Source of the DNA: Octopus bimaculoides
Taxonomy: Eukaryota
NCBI RefSeq assembly: GCF_001194135.2
Contig: NC_068988.1
Coordinates: forward strand, 50,489,055 to 50,542,280
Direction of reading: 5' to 3'
Length of the DNA: 53,226 nucleotides
Shown piece by piece: positions 35,015 through 48,559 of this stretch (its first letter is position 1; each line of letters begins with the position of its first letter). A program made the translations under genes and the position numbers. The notes below the pieces were generated by a model. The model searched no databases and was not told the origin of the DNA. It worked only from the letters and a program-made list of their open reading frames with translations.

Positions 35015-35390
35015 TCTTTATTATAGTGTGGTGGCTTATGTGCTTCAGTGACTGAGAGGTATACTGGCAGAGAGCAAGCTCCTGATATGGCATCCCATGT
35101 GGGACAAGTCAAGGGATACAGGCCAGACTAATATGGATCAGTTCATCCTAGAGGTAAAAATGGGTTTGCAAGAGGTTAACACACCTACTTAGAAAAAAGC
35201 AAAGTTACAGAAGCAAATCAAGATCAGCCAGACCTAGGAGAGAGAAGTTTCCACTCAGGGAAACATGCAGAGCTGAAAAATCAGAGATCCAACTGGAAAG
35301 AAGCAGGAAGGACAGCCTAGAGTTGAAGACATTGGAGAAAAAGTTGTTGATGGCCTATGCTCCAAAGGCAACAAAGAGCTTAAGCAATAC
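35015..35390 (+). mobile_element. Short bipartite RTE-derived element (5'UTR-like head + ORF 3' end)
   Basis: An RTE 5'UTR-like motif (ggttaacacacctac..aaaaagcaaagttacagaa) is joined to a WKEA...W.KVVDGLCS-type end (gatggcctatgctccaaaggcaacaaagagcttaag). Confidence 0.45.
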
Positions 35391-35529
35391 TACCACTAAC
35401 ACTAATAAATACACACCCAAACAAATTTATTTGAAGCTAAGATTTTACTATTAGACCCTTCATTGCAAATATTCATTAAGCACTTGTGGAGAGACTTATA
35501 GAGATATGAACTCTCTCAAATGTCCAGGA

Positions 35530-35622
35530 GGAAGTGTGTGTAAGGGGAGACAAATGTTTTTAGTTGGAGATAGAGTTCATAACTCCAACTAAAAACATTT
35601 GTCTCCCCTTACACACACTTCC
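35530..35622. repeat. Perfect inverted repeat, 40-bp arms, 13-nt spacer
   Basis: ggaagtgtgtgtaaggggagacaaatgtttttagttggag-atagagttcataa-followed by its reverse complement. Confidence 0.95.
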
Positions 35623-37723
35623 AGCTTAACACAAACTTTTAACCCTTTTTTTAAACCTAACACAACTCTCAATTCTCATGCATCCTTATTTTTCCAACCA
35701 TTATATACATGAACTACCATTGAACTTTGAAAGCTCAAAGACAATATAATGTATTGGTATAGTTATTTTTTTATATATTATTTTTTTTTATATATTATTT
35801 TTTTTATATATTATTTTCTCATTTTGTACTTCTTTGTAAAAAACATTTTCATTCTCTTTCTTAAAAATTTGCTTCGCAATGAAAGCCGGTTAGAAATCTT
35901 TATTAAAACATGCTTCCAATTTAGCATTCTGCCTTATTCTTCATTTTCCTATATNNNNNNNNNNNNNNNNNNNNNNNNNNNNNNNNNNNNNNNNNNNNNN
36001 NNNNATATATATATATATAGGATATATACAGTACAGTATATATATCTTTACTTCTGTACTATCATTTTACTATCATTTTCAGGTATTTGGGTACATTGAT
36101 CTTCAGTGAACTTTTGCAGTTGTATAAGCAATTGCTTTCCCAAGCACTGCAAAGGTCTGCAGAAAATTGTTGTGTCCAAATACTTGGTTACCAATAAAAA
36201 CAACAGTAAAAAGGTAACAAGAGACACCAAACGTGTGTGTGTGCGTGTGTATGTACATATACACACCTATATAATACACACACACATATGGTTCGAAAGC
36301 ATCCAGTGAGTCTGAAGACTGCATCATGTTGCATTGTTTATTTTGGCATGGCATCTATGGCTGGAGCCCTTCTTAATACCAACTGCTTTATAGCATGTAC
36401 TGGGTGCTAGTGAAGTTGTAATGCAGTCTGAAAAACTACAAACCCCAAGAAAGAAGGCTTTATGCTAGGAGAAGAGAGGGTTAAAGAACGAGAAAAGGGA
36501 CTGACTAGAACAGGTTTCTTGCTATAGAGGGGCCACATGGCTACTCACATTTTAAAAGTGATGGTAGTGCAAGAAAGAGATAAAAATAGCAATGATGGGG
36601 TCTCTATGTGGACCCTCAAGGTATAAGTATAGTAGAAGTAAGTGGGGGATGGGTGGGTGGCAGAAGAACTGGGTGTGTGGGTGAGTGGATGTTGTAAGAC
36701 CTGTACGGGAGAGTGAGAAATTGGGAATGGTTGAGGTAGTGAGTATAATGCATGAAGAATAGTGGATAATAAGTAGGGAAATTAGGGAACAGTACTGACA
36801 GCTGTAAAGACTGGGTAGGGCCCCCACCACCCTGAGAGGTGGATATAGTGAATGGTGTATAAGGGGGATCAATGATGTGTGTGTTTAAGGGCTGTCAAAA
36901 TAGGTGTGCTAAGCAATGACAGCTTGTATTTGGTTATATCATTTTACACATTAGTTGACTATTCCTTTGTGTATTAAGAGGTTAATAAAATAACTACTAG
37001 ACAAATTACTGAGGTGCCCACAGCCATGGCTAGAGAGAGAGAGAGAAAGAGAGAGATAGACAGACAGACAGATAGAGAGTGGAATGTAATAAGAAGGAAG
37101 TGGGTGGTTTAAGTGGCATTGGTAGTAGTAGTAGTAATAGTAGCAGCAGTAGAGGTCAGGCATACAGCAAATAGTTGGGATAGTTTGAGGCTGTTTTTGG
37201 TAACTTTAGTCACTCTTATGACAACAGTGTTAGTCTTATAAAGCTGTCATGGCCATGATAACTAGCTGATTGGTGGTGCTATTAGTAGTGTTGGTGGTGG
37301 AGAGAGAAAGAGAGAGAGAGGAAGTAGGCCTACATTATACACAGCTGAGCAGCATAGTCAATTTGCTGTAGAAAATCTGGTGAGACACTATAGTACTAAT
37401 AGACAGGAGAGAGGTAGAGGAGTGTGAGTGTGCTTAAGCATGGCAGCAAATCGAGAGATAGGTAGGTATAGAGGGGTAGTCAAAAAGGAAGACACAGAGT
37501 GGGAGAAGTAAATGTTTCCAACCTGTGGCTTGTAGCTAGCATGTTGTTTAAGGAAGTCTTTTGCCCTACCCGCTAAAATTATATATATATGTGAATCTCT
37601 CTTTTTTGTTAATAGGTATATTGCATCGCATCAATGTGTATCATTAAGGTGACTAAAAAAGCAAAGAAGCCAGCTGAGAAGGCATCAGCAGTAAAACACT
37701 TCAATGATGACAATGATATATAC

Positions 37724-37769
<46 letters not shown>

Positions 37770-37908
37770 CTGGCTGAAATTTCGAAACCACTGTTAACAA
37801 TAATTTTTGTTTAAGAATATAAATTTGTACTCTGATAATGTATGGGATAATCCATCAGATTAATGTAAAATTATTTTTATTGTAACTGATCATTACAACT
37901 GAACATTA

Positions 37909-37940
<32 letters not shown>

Positions 37941-39669
37941 TGGTTACACACAATAATATCAAACAGTAAGGAGAATGAGTGCTCAATAATGCATTACTTG
38001 CAGATAGTTCTGCCTAGAATGGATGCAATCGCTATCAACTTGAATTATAATGCTTAAACAATTGTGAATTTTTGTTATACATGAAACCATCGGTACCATT
38101 GTTAATCCACAAATGAAGTGCATATATATATGTGTATACTTTTGCGCACTATGATATAAAATTGACCAGATCAATCCACAATATTCCTTCCCTTTTTATC
38201 ATATTTTATATTTTTTGCAATCATATTTCTAACAAGACTAAAACTTCCAAAGTGTTCAATTATCTTCCTAAACAATCAAATATCTCTATACATTGGTATA
38301 TAATGTAAATGAATGGAATATCTTAACTAATGACAAATGCTTATCTATCCAACGTTCTAATTGTCAGTCAGTAAATATTGAAAATTTGGTGTTGGAACTG
38401 TTGAAAGAATTTGTTTATGAGTTAGATCAAGGAGTCCATAGTATTTTTCATTCTCTTGACTGAAGTATGTTATGAGTGTTCTATCAGCCTAAAATTTAGA
38501 TCTGCACTAAACCATTCCATTTTACTTCTCTAGTAGTTTCCAGGGCTGGTGTCATGGAAAAAGCATCTAGTACACACTGTAAAACAGTTAGCATTAGGAA
38601 GGGCATCCCTCTGTAGAAACCTTGCCAAAGTTGATATTGAGGTGTGATGTAGTTCTGCAACATAATTCTGTAAAACCATGCATGGAACACAGATATTGAT
38701 GATGTTGATGATTATGATGAAATCTAGGAGGGATGGGCTCAAATCAAATCACTTCTCTTTGCCTACCCTGGGACATACTGCATGAAGACAAGGCTAAAAG
38801 CGACCACCCAATAACTCATTAAGGGTTACAGAAGATTTTCAGATTGAAGGATATAGCACATTTAAGACATTCACATGTTATTCACCCAGTTCTGGGTTTG
38901 ATACCACTACATGACACCTTAGACAAACGTCATCTACCACAGTCTGAAGTCAATCCAAACTTTGATAGTGAAATTAAGTTGTTTAATCCCAAATCAATCC
39001 TGACTGAGCAGATTTATGAGAAAAGGTGTTCTGCTATGGCCACCCTTATGACAGTCACCAAGACAGTCAGTAATAGTGTTTTATAGAGGAGGAGTAATCC
39101 CCTTTTTAAAAAAATAATTAGTATTTTAAAATTTAATCTTCAATGATGTTTTTCAACTTTCAAACGTATATATAATTACTGCTTTGCTTTGTATCACCAT
39201 TGGGTTGTTTGTTTTTAAGAGCTACAGACATCAACAGAATATGGTCCACTAAGTGAAGGAAATATTCTCAAATTTAACAAGTGTCTTAGTCTCTGAACAC
39301 AGAGGAAATTATGTATGATAAAAAAGATTAGTAAGGAAGTGGTAGCCACAGACTATACATCTGTATCCTCCACCTCTTTTCACAACTGTCATTTGTGCTG
39401 TGACTCATGTCAATAACCAACAAACTACAGCAAACGGTTACAATGCATAGAGTAACAGAAGTGAATCTGGTGTTTATAGAGTGAGGTGGTATTCATGTGT
39501 AGTATGCTGTATATCAACTACTAGGAAGGGTAAATACCAAATTTATCTTCCATGGAGACAGTGGGGGAGTGTATTACAGTGAAGATAGAGGAAGGAAGAC
39601 CTAAAGGACTATTCACACACAGACACACACATTCTTTGGTACTGACTTTAAGTTACCCCTTCACCCACA

Positions 39670-39719
<50 letters not shown>

Positions 39720-42700
39720 GATTACTCAATGGATAAATGATGTATTCAGTAAAGAAAACTATTCTGACTTTGAAAAATTTCTGACCACCCACTCACTAGC
39801 ATTTTTTCCCCAGATATTTAGTTCCAGATCATCCTTTACCAAGCAGACCAATGATCAATGGCATTCCAACCATGACCATTCCATAATTTTTTCAGCCAGA
39901 GTGTATCCTAGACTATTACCCATTGTGTTTCTTTCTTAAGAAGGTAGAAGGTGGTTTGAGGAAGATAGGGCTGTTATTTTTACCAGGTCAAGTTACTGCA
40001 TAGGCACACTTAGGTTGGTTTGACTAACATTAGTGGTGCAACTCAAGTATCGTAGGTCCAAGCTATCACAAGTGGTAGTATTATAGTAAACAGTTTTATA
40101 GAATGGGGTGGTGGTGGACAGTAAATGAAAATATTGCAGAAGTGCAATATAATATGATATAGTGTGGTGTAGTACAATAGTCAAAAAAAAAACATGGTAC
40201 AGTAAGCTCCCTGCCATCCAGCATCACTAGGACTGGAGGGCTGCTGGATAACTGCATTTACTAGGTATCTGATCATCACTTTTAAATTACCATAACACCT
40301 CCAAATCTCATTAAAACCTTACATACACATAATATTATCATTAATATCTTGAATATAATAGAAACAAGAGAAACAGGAGGAAATAAAGTCTAGTTTAAGC
40401 AAAAAAAAAAGGTTTTAATAACCTAATAAATTACTTTTCTGTGCTTTGAAAAGCAACAGTCCGTTTTATTTACAGCTGAAACTTACTTTCTTCTACTGAC
40501 AATTAATTAATTAACACAAATTCTCTAGGCTCTAATTAACAACACTTTCTTTTCCTTTTTTTCTTCTGAATGCTGGTTGCTTGAAAGTTCCAGTTCTCTG
40601 AGTACTAGATAACAGGGAGTTTATTGGAAAGTGGCAGCAAGTATTGTGTAGTAAAGTGTAATATAGCAGTTAGTTTTGTTGTTTAGCCCTGGGAAAACCC
40701 TAGCCAAGCAGACCTATGGCCCCAAATATTTCAGTAGTGGCTACCTCATCTTCTATTCCAACACAGTATACTTATGACGACACTATCCAATGTATCATTC
40801 CTTTTTATAAGTGTCAATGGAGTATGATTTGAGTGACCACAGGGGCTCCCTTCTTGGTACAGGGTAGATTTTAGTGTTTGTAGTATTTACAATGATGGTA
40901 TGGATAGCTGAGCCAACAGGGCAAGAGGTGGAATTTCAGCAGAGGCAGTGTGTTAATCTTGTGGTCAAGATACACTTAACCCACAACAAATCCAGTCTGT
41001 CTAACGAGAAATAAATACCACAAAGTGGAAACAACCCAGCATTCTATACAGCAGCATTGTTAACTCAACATGTCTTGACAACATGCTGGATTCTACTAGT
41101 TACATTTAAGAGCCAAAAAGACGGGATCAATCATTGGTGGACACATCTAATTATTAATTTCATTATTCAACAATAGAAATAATCAAGAGGATAATTTTCT
41201 TTGGTTGGAGTGGATGTTAGTTTACTTATGACTCAATGTAAAATTCCACTTCAATATATTTCCACTTATTATTACTATTATCTAGCTCAAGAAAGGGTGG
41301 TGGATTAGCAGAGATGTTAAAGCATTGCAAAAAAAAAAAAAAAATGCTTTGCACAATTTGTCCTGGCTCTTTATTTTATGGGTTCAAACCCTGCCAAGGT
41401 CAACTTTGCTTTTATTCTTCTGAAGTTAATAAAATAAGTACCAGGTAAGATCAGGGATCAAGTTAATTGATTACCTTCTCCACCTCACCAAATTTCTGGC
41501 TTTCTACCTAATTTAGAAACAATCAAAGAAGAACTAGCAACTATAACCTATGTATCACATAGATGATGGTTAGTTTAAACCTCTTTAAGATGATTCCGGT
41601 TTGAAAAACTACCAGGAATGAGGAAGGGAATTCCAGAAGAAGAAATTTCTGGATAGGATGGATTGAGTTAAATGTTTAATGTATGGTCCAGTGTGTGAGG
41701 CACAGAAGACAATAACAAAACCAGAAGTGGAACAGCAAAGACAATGAGGAGAGAAGAGAGGCATGTGTATTACGTGGGCTTGGTATAAGAATGTATACTG
41801 GTTGCTAATTCAGATGAGCAGAAGCCATTGTAATAACAGTAAAAGAGACTGTATATGTGACAAAAGAAACTGAATACATGTATCTGCTGGATGTAGTATG
41901 TTAGTAATTCATTACCAGTGAATAAGATGGGCATTTTCAGATGTGGCATAAAATGTCTGTACAGGAATGCATCTTCATGTGTTAAGTTTACGATAAAACA
42001 TACCTAGAAAGTCTAGTTTAGAAGCTTTTCAGAGATAATCTGAGTGTGACATATACATCACTGATGGAGTAATTTCATATGAGATAGCCTGTTTCTGGTT
42101 TCAGTTATCTTACTTTTAGCACCATCTACAATAGAACAGCTGTTAATCCAATGACCCATTTTCCAGTACTAAAAGGCAATAAAATAACTTTCAATTTACA
42201 GACTGTTCTCTTGGTACCAATTATAACAGAACGGTTGTAAATTCTCAGTAGAATGGTAGATCTAACCAAAATGTTCACACACTTATGAGAAGGAGCCAAA
42301 TGGGTTTTGTAATAGTCATGCTTTTCTCAAGAATTATTTGTTATGTAAGGGAGTAAAATTACTCATTGGGGTGATATGCCCTAACAGAGCACAATATTCT
42401 TCAGTGGAAATAAAATGAACTCCAAAAAAAGTGAAAATAAAACAGAATGTAAAATAAAAAAAATAAACAAAGGAAAGGATAACAAAAACATGAAATAAAA
42501 AAGAAAACAATTTTAAAATAAAATAAAACAAAGAAAAATGAAAAAGTGTAAAGAAAGAAGAAGAAAAATAAACTTTGTCCTCCCCCACACAGAGAAAACT
42601 GGAACTATTGTTTCATCAGACATTTTCAAGTACTAAATATAGCCTATGGCACCAACACTCACCCTATCACACATCTACCTGCTCCATCCACTTCTAACCT

Positions 42701-42887
42701 GGCCACTTGGAACACTACCTGTTACATAAATCTAATAATTACTCTGTCTGGCACTACAGATATTACCAGCAATAGGAAGAGTTAAAGTTATTATTAACTG
42801 TGTCCTGTCTATTAAAAACACTTGTGTTCTGGCAATAACAACTGTCAATTCCCTTCAAAAATCTTGTATGGCAGCAATTAAGCTGCT

Positions 42888-42931
<44 letters not shown>

Positions 42932-42933
42932 TA

Positions 42934-43335
42934 ATGGTTTCAAATTTTGCCACAAGGGCAGCAATTTTGAGAGAGGGGATGAGTCGATTACAGACTTATT
43001 TTATTGACAACCGAAAGGATGAAAGGTAAAGTCAACCTTGGTGGAATTAGAACTCAGAATGTAGCAACGGGTGAAATACCACTAAGCATGTCGTCTGGTT
43101 TGCTAATGATTCTGCCAGCTCACCACTTTAATATTATCATTATTAAGCAGAATTCTTAGCACATTGGACACAATACTTAGCAGTACTTCTTCTGGATCCT
43201 TACATTTTGGGTTTAAATGCCCCCAGGGTTGATTTTGCCTTTGAGGGTTATTAAAATAAGTACCAGTGAAGCACTGTAATTGACAAACCCCCTTCTTGAA
43301 ATTTACAGGCCTTGTACCAATAGTATAAAGAATTA
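42934..43335. mobile_element. Two head-to-head SINE family B copies (- 42934-43128; + 43143-43335)
   Basis: The copies are oppositely oriented, ~15-20 nt apart, each ending in an (AAT)n/(ATT)n tail. Confidence 0.65.
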
Positions 43336-43634
43336 TTATTATTATTTTTATTGGATATTATTATTATTGAAGATTCTAGAGATAAAATCACATTTCATTT
43401 TGTTAATTTACAACAAATTAGGTACAGCCTGAAAGACATGCATAGATGTATCCATGGTCAACTATAGTAAAAACTTAAAAGGGTGTGCTTTGGCTATCCT
43501 CGTAAGAAATCAGTCGATGCTTCTATAAAAGTGGGTGTCTACCACCCCAGTTGTACTAGTTTCAAATGCAATAATGGACATAATTGCTATAATATTTTAA
43601 TTCAATAGTTAAGTCTGTGTTTTTATTTTTTAGA

Positions 43635-44630
43635 TTGCTTTTGCACAATGTAATTGGCCTTTAGTAATCACATATATGAAGTCTGTAAAAGTGCTTGTGT
43701 TTTTCATTGAAATATTTGTTGTAATGATAATTGATAAGTGGTGCAATGAAAGTTGGGAAAGTTTTTGCCACAAAGTTTTGATAGTTTGGTTGGCAGAACA
43801 AAAAGTTGATGTCAACAAAAGAGATGTAGTTGACTTCATGAGGTATGTGTATGTGTTGGTGTGAATTGTTTAGGATATAAAGAGAGTCGAGTTGTCATGA
43901 TACAAAATCTCTTCTCTTGTGATCAATAATATTTGAAAACCAGGTGTTGTGTACACTAAACTCTCTCCAACAGATAGTATTTACTAGAATGTTTGTGGGT
44001 GAAGTTTGGTGATGGCTGGTGAGGATGGTAGTGGTATGTTTATTACATTAGTGAGCTTTGTATGGCTAGACTTTAGTCTCAAAGTTTGCATTTTAACTGT
44101 AGTGCTGTTGCATATTTTGTTCACAAAAGTCAGTTAAATCTATATACTGAACATAAGTCCCATCTAGTCTGATAGCATTCGAGTACAAAGATTACTTCTT
44201 GGATTATAGCTATACGAATGTCGTGAAAGATAATAAAATCTTTTAGTTGCATAAATTAGTTTTTATGGCTATTGGTATTATAGACTTTTGAAAACTTTTT
44301 TGTTGTGTTCTGTATAGCTACGTGTGTGTTAAATATATTTTAAATGCATTGTTTGTGGACATGTGATATTGTGAATGATGAAAGATAAGTTTATCACTTT
44401 TGTTACTGTTGTTAGTGTTATTATCCCGTTAAGTGCATTTTCTGGATCATCTCTAAACTTTGTTGTATGGCTGAGTTTTTATAAATATTTTGAAGACACT
44501 CATTTTTGTTGGTATTTTAGGGCCAACTTCCAACAGATTTGTAACTTCTACTTTTCTTCTATGGTGTTTATGTATGCTGATAGGGGTACTTCTATGTTTC
44601 TAGGATTTACTGTTCAATCAGTATTTTAGC
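43635..44630 (-). mobile_element. Possible highly decayed Penelope-like RT remnant
   Basis: Minus-strand peptides LLEVGPK, PHEVNYISFVDINF and HFYRLHIC weakly recall PLE RT/thumb motifs (LGPKF, E..ISFLD, YRA..IC). Confidence 0.3.
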
Positions 44631-44784
44631 TATGACCATCTTTCTTCTTCGATGGCATTTTGAATATTAGTTTAACCTGAATATTTATTTATTTTAAAGA
44701 TACTGAAGTAGTATTTGAGGTAGATTTGCTGCAATTTCTTGCAAGTCAAACAATCAAAAAAGTTTCTCATTAGTTCATTATTTT

Positions 44785-45045
44785 GTGGTACAGTGGTTAG
44801 AGCATTGGGCTCACAATCACGAGGTAGTGAGTTTGATTCACTGCAACATCCCTGGTGCCAAGCAGTATTGGCCTTTGCCTTCCCATTGGATAACATTGGT
44901 GGTGTGGAGAGGGGAGGCTGGTATGCATGGGTGACTGTTAGTCTTCCATAAACAACCCTGCCTGGACTTGTGCCTTGGAGGGGAACTGTCTTGGTGCAAT
45001 CCCATTGATATTCATGGATGAAGTGGGGGTCTTTACCCTTTTGGG
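44785..45045 (+). mobile_element. Third tRNA-derived SINE family
   Basis: It has an A-box-like gtggtacagtggttagagc and a B-box-like gagtttgattc, followed by a GC-rich body unrelated to families A and B. Confidence 0.5.
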
Positions 45046-45239
45046 AAGTTACATTTAAACTGAGTTCAAGAAATCTTGTGAATGTAAAAGTTCAGGTACT
45101 ATTATACTTGATTGTTGATTAAGCTTTACCTGATTGCATTAGTATGTTTTGTATGTGTTACATGTGCGCATAGAAGCATGGGCTGGACAGGTCTGTAAAA
45201 CAGCATCTCTTAACATTCATATCGTGCATCAGCTCAACC

Positions 45240-45520
45240 ATGAGACCTTACAGTACATCTGCTTTTCCCAACCTCCACCTTGTGTACCTTCTACTACAGT
45301 GAATGTATATCAATGTATCAGGTGTATGGTGATATAAATTCACACTGGCACAACTACTAAAGAGCCATTTACAAAAGCACACTTTTTTTCACTGACCCAA
45401 AGTACAGTCATCTTTCTCTAGCGCCTGTCACCATTTAAATCCACTCCACCAACCCCCTAGTGTTGAAAACCAACATCACCCACCATCACTAGACACTTGA
45501 GAGAGTGAATAAACACAGTA
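45240..45520 (+). mobile_element. Possible Penelope GIY-YIG endonuclease remnant
   Basis: The peptide CVPSTTVNVYQCIRC..., TGTTTKEPF and ..CHHLN resembles C.S.NVVY.I.C..C...YIGETG..L.ERF.EH...VA.HFN. Confidence 0.3.
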
Positions 45521-46884
45521 GAGGCTGTGTGTATTTATATAATCTGAAAATAATTTTGTTTTTCTATCCAGAACATTCTAAAATGGTCAAACTATCAAAT
45601 AGAACAAGAGGGAAATTCTTAACGACTGAAACAGTCTCACACGCCATACTAAACTACTACAAATCAAAGTTACTTAACAAAACAAAACAAAAAATGCATG
45701 CTTGTGTGTGTGTGTGTGTGTGTGTGTTTATCTATGTAGATGCATGAACAAGTGTGTAAGAATGGCGGGTGAGATGGCTAAGGGGAGCACAACAAGAGTT
45801 GAACACTAAAATAACCTAAGGAGAGGCTGGTGTAGGATGAGTGACTGCAATGGCAGTTATGTCTTAGTGGGGTAGTGAGTATAATGGACAGAGGAGGTAG
45901 CAGTGAGGGTAGAAGGAGTGGGCAGTGTCTGAAAGTGTGAGGGAGGTGGTAGGGGTTACAGAAGAGGAAGAGGAAATATTTTCACTTTATCACATACTAA
46001 TATAGGAGGGTGTGTTTTAGCTTCCCTGAACACATAGAGAGACAGCACACACACACACCTTAGAGAGAGAGAGAGAGAGAGACAGGGAGAGAGAGTCAAG
46101 GAGTTAGCCAGTAAGAAAACAGATATTAGGAGCTGATAAATAGCACACGTGCATACACACAATCTTATAGATGCAGATACATATACACAAAAATGTTAGG
46201 AGTTTCTCCTCTATTGGGTCCTTAAATAACATTGAATCCCCCTTTGGAACTGACACTGAAGGAGTGTACATGTGTCTGTGTGTGTATGTATGTATGTATG
46301 TACAAAAGTGTATGCATATGTTTCAGCCTGTAGAAAAAGTGTGTGTGTACATGCACGCATATGTGCGTGCGAGTGTATATGAATGTGTACATGTCTGCTT
46401 CTGTGCGTACATAAATGTGTGATTGGCAGAGTGTGAATATGTGTGTCTATAGGTGTGTGTGCGCTTAGGCAAGTGTGTGTATGTAGATAACATTCCCAGC
46501 CAATTTTTATCTCAGAGGAGTGGTGGGCAGAGAGGTCTTGTGATTACATATTTTGTCATTCTATTTACAATGGACAAAGGACTCAGCAGTGGCAGCAACA
46601 GTAACCACCACAGCAGCATTTGTAGCAGTAGTACACAAAATTAGAGATACATTTTAAAATAATCAAATATATTTTAGGAAAAGTCAAGCCTTTATTCCTC
46701 AACTTTCTTCCCATTAACAAAATACACTAACAACAGTTATGAGAAAAAAATTGTTTGTGACACTGTACTTTTGTATAGCAAACAATCGCTTGCAACAAAT
46801 ACTGTGCATTAAATGGCATATAAGATACATATCTTTTCCCCCCAAAATGTCTCAAAAAGTCACCTTGGGTCTTACATGCAAAGT

Positions 46885-47092
46885 TGCTTTAAATAGCCGG
46901 GTGAAATGCTTAGCAGTATTTCATCTGTCTTTATGTTTTGAGTTCAAATTCTGCAGAGGTCGACTTTGCCTTTCATCCTTTGGGGGGGGGGGGTCGATAA
47001 ATCAAGTACCAGTTGTGTAATGGGGTCGATCTAATCGACTGGCTCCCTCCCCAAACATTTTGGGCCTTGTGTGTAGAGTAGAAAAGAATATT
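46885..47092 (+). mobile_element. tRNA-derived SINE family B
   Basis: It reads gaaatgcttagcagtatttc...tgagttcaaattc (B box)...gtcgactttgcctttcatcct...aagtaccag...gtcgatctaatcgactgg...ggccttgtg..agtagaaaagaat. Confidence 0.7.
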
Positions 47093-47263
47093 ACAAGCTG
47101 TAATGCACTAAAAACATTTGTTCCCCTTGAATAAGTGTTGCTGAAATTGGGATGCATCTAATATGCTTTTGAATCTTTTATGCCATCAAATGTGGTACAT
47201 CAATAACAAAATCTTTCTTATACTGCTTACGCAATTGGCACAAACTATGCATTTACCATGCAC

Positions 47264-47309
<46 letters not shown>

Positions 47310-48559
47310 CATATATAAAACTGTCCCACCCATGCCAGAATGGAAGGCTGACGTTAAACGATGATGAAGGTGATATAACTTGAACATTGGTTTGAGATTC
47401 TGCTCAACATTTCTCTAGGCATCTGTAGGGTCAACTTTGGAAGTCTCTTCTTAACAAATTTACAATTCTTTAGACGACATTAATTGGATGTGTCAAGCTC
47501 ATTCACCAGCAAGGATTAGCTAACCAGATAAGACAATGGTCTCCTGCAGATATTTTCTCCCAAGACGAGAGATAAAGTCAGCATTTTAAACCAACAAAGC
47601 AGTAATTTGATAGTGCTGCCACTGTCTGCTTTGATGACCCACACTAATTGTGGTACCCATTTAGTGTGATGTACCTTAGCTACAAGCATGACAAAATAAT
47701 CTTTATATGTGTGTGCATGTGTGTGTAATTGAATAGATGGCAAATATATTAAGTTTCTATATTTCAAACTAAATACCCTAAACAAAAATAAGAGGGGACT
47801 ATACCATCAAACAGTCTGTGTAGAGGGTCGAGACTATTGACAGTAGCCAAGGGGTCCATAGTTCATATATGTCATGTTTGTGACCAAAGCCACTTATTCT
47901 AAGCTCTAAATAGTTAATACAACTTGTATAATTCACCAGTGTATAAATGTTTGAACAACCTATACCTTACATACTTTACTCAGACCATAATTTCCTTGCA
48001 ATTTTTTTTTCACCAAACTTGTATTTACCACATCACGGCAATCATTTCTCTTGTAATACTTTCAGCACCCAACTTCTTTTTTAGCTCATTTACACTAACA
48101 TTCAAATTCACATTGTACATCAATTCAAATTCCTTTACAAAGAAAGAAAGATGAATGTCTACTTGTTTAATAAACTGTTATGCAACTAATACAATAGACT
48201 GCTCTTACAGATAAAGTTGTTGGTTTAATCAGCTTAATTCTTGGATTGGTATCTAAATTCATTCAGAGAATCATGTAATGAAGGAACAAATACCTAAAGC
48301 TAATATACTTACCCATATCTTCTCTGAAAAATAATCAGCCTTACATATAACAAATTTAGAATAGAAAGTAAGAAAAATTAACATATGACAGCTGTTGATT
48401 TCTAGCTGGAACCTAGCAACCAAGCTCTAAGAAGAAAAAAAAAAATGCTAACTGGATTTTTTTTAGTAGCCAAAAGTGAATCCTTGTTCATTTTTATATT
48501 TACTCTTTCATACAGCATAGGTTAGAGGAATTAGTTTTCAACACAATGTCTATCTACTT

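Noticed and set aside
36083-36213. Plus-strand exon-like segment (tttcag|...|gtaaca)
   Set aside because: All three frames contain stops, and there is no supporting context.
43635-43845. Plus-strand AG...GT-bounded open frame (IAFAQCNWPL...VVDFMR)
   Set aside because: It has no recognisable homology and no partner exons, and the opposite strand looks like decayed Penelope RT.
44785-44860. tRNA genes at SINE heads (here and in families A and B)
   Set aside because: The A/B boxes are present but the cloverleaf is broken and each continues into a SINE body.
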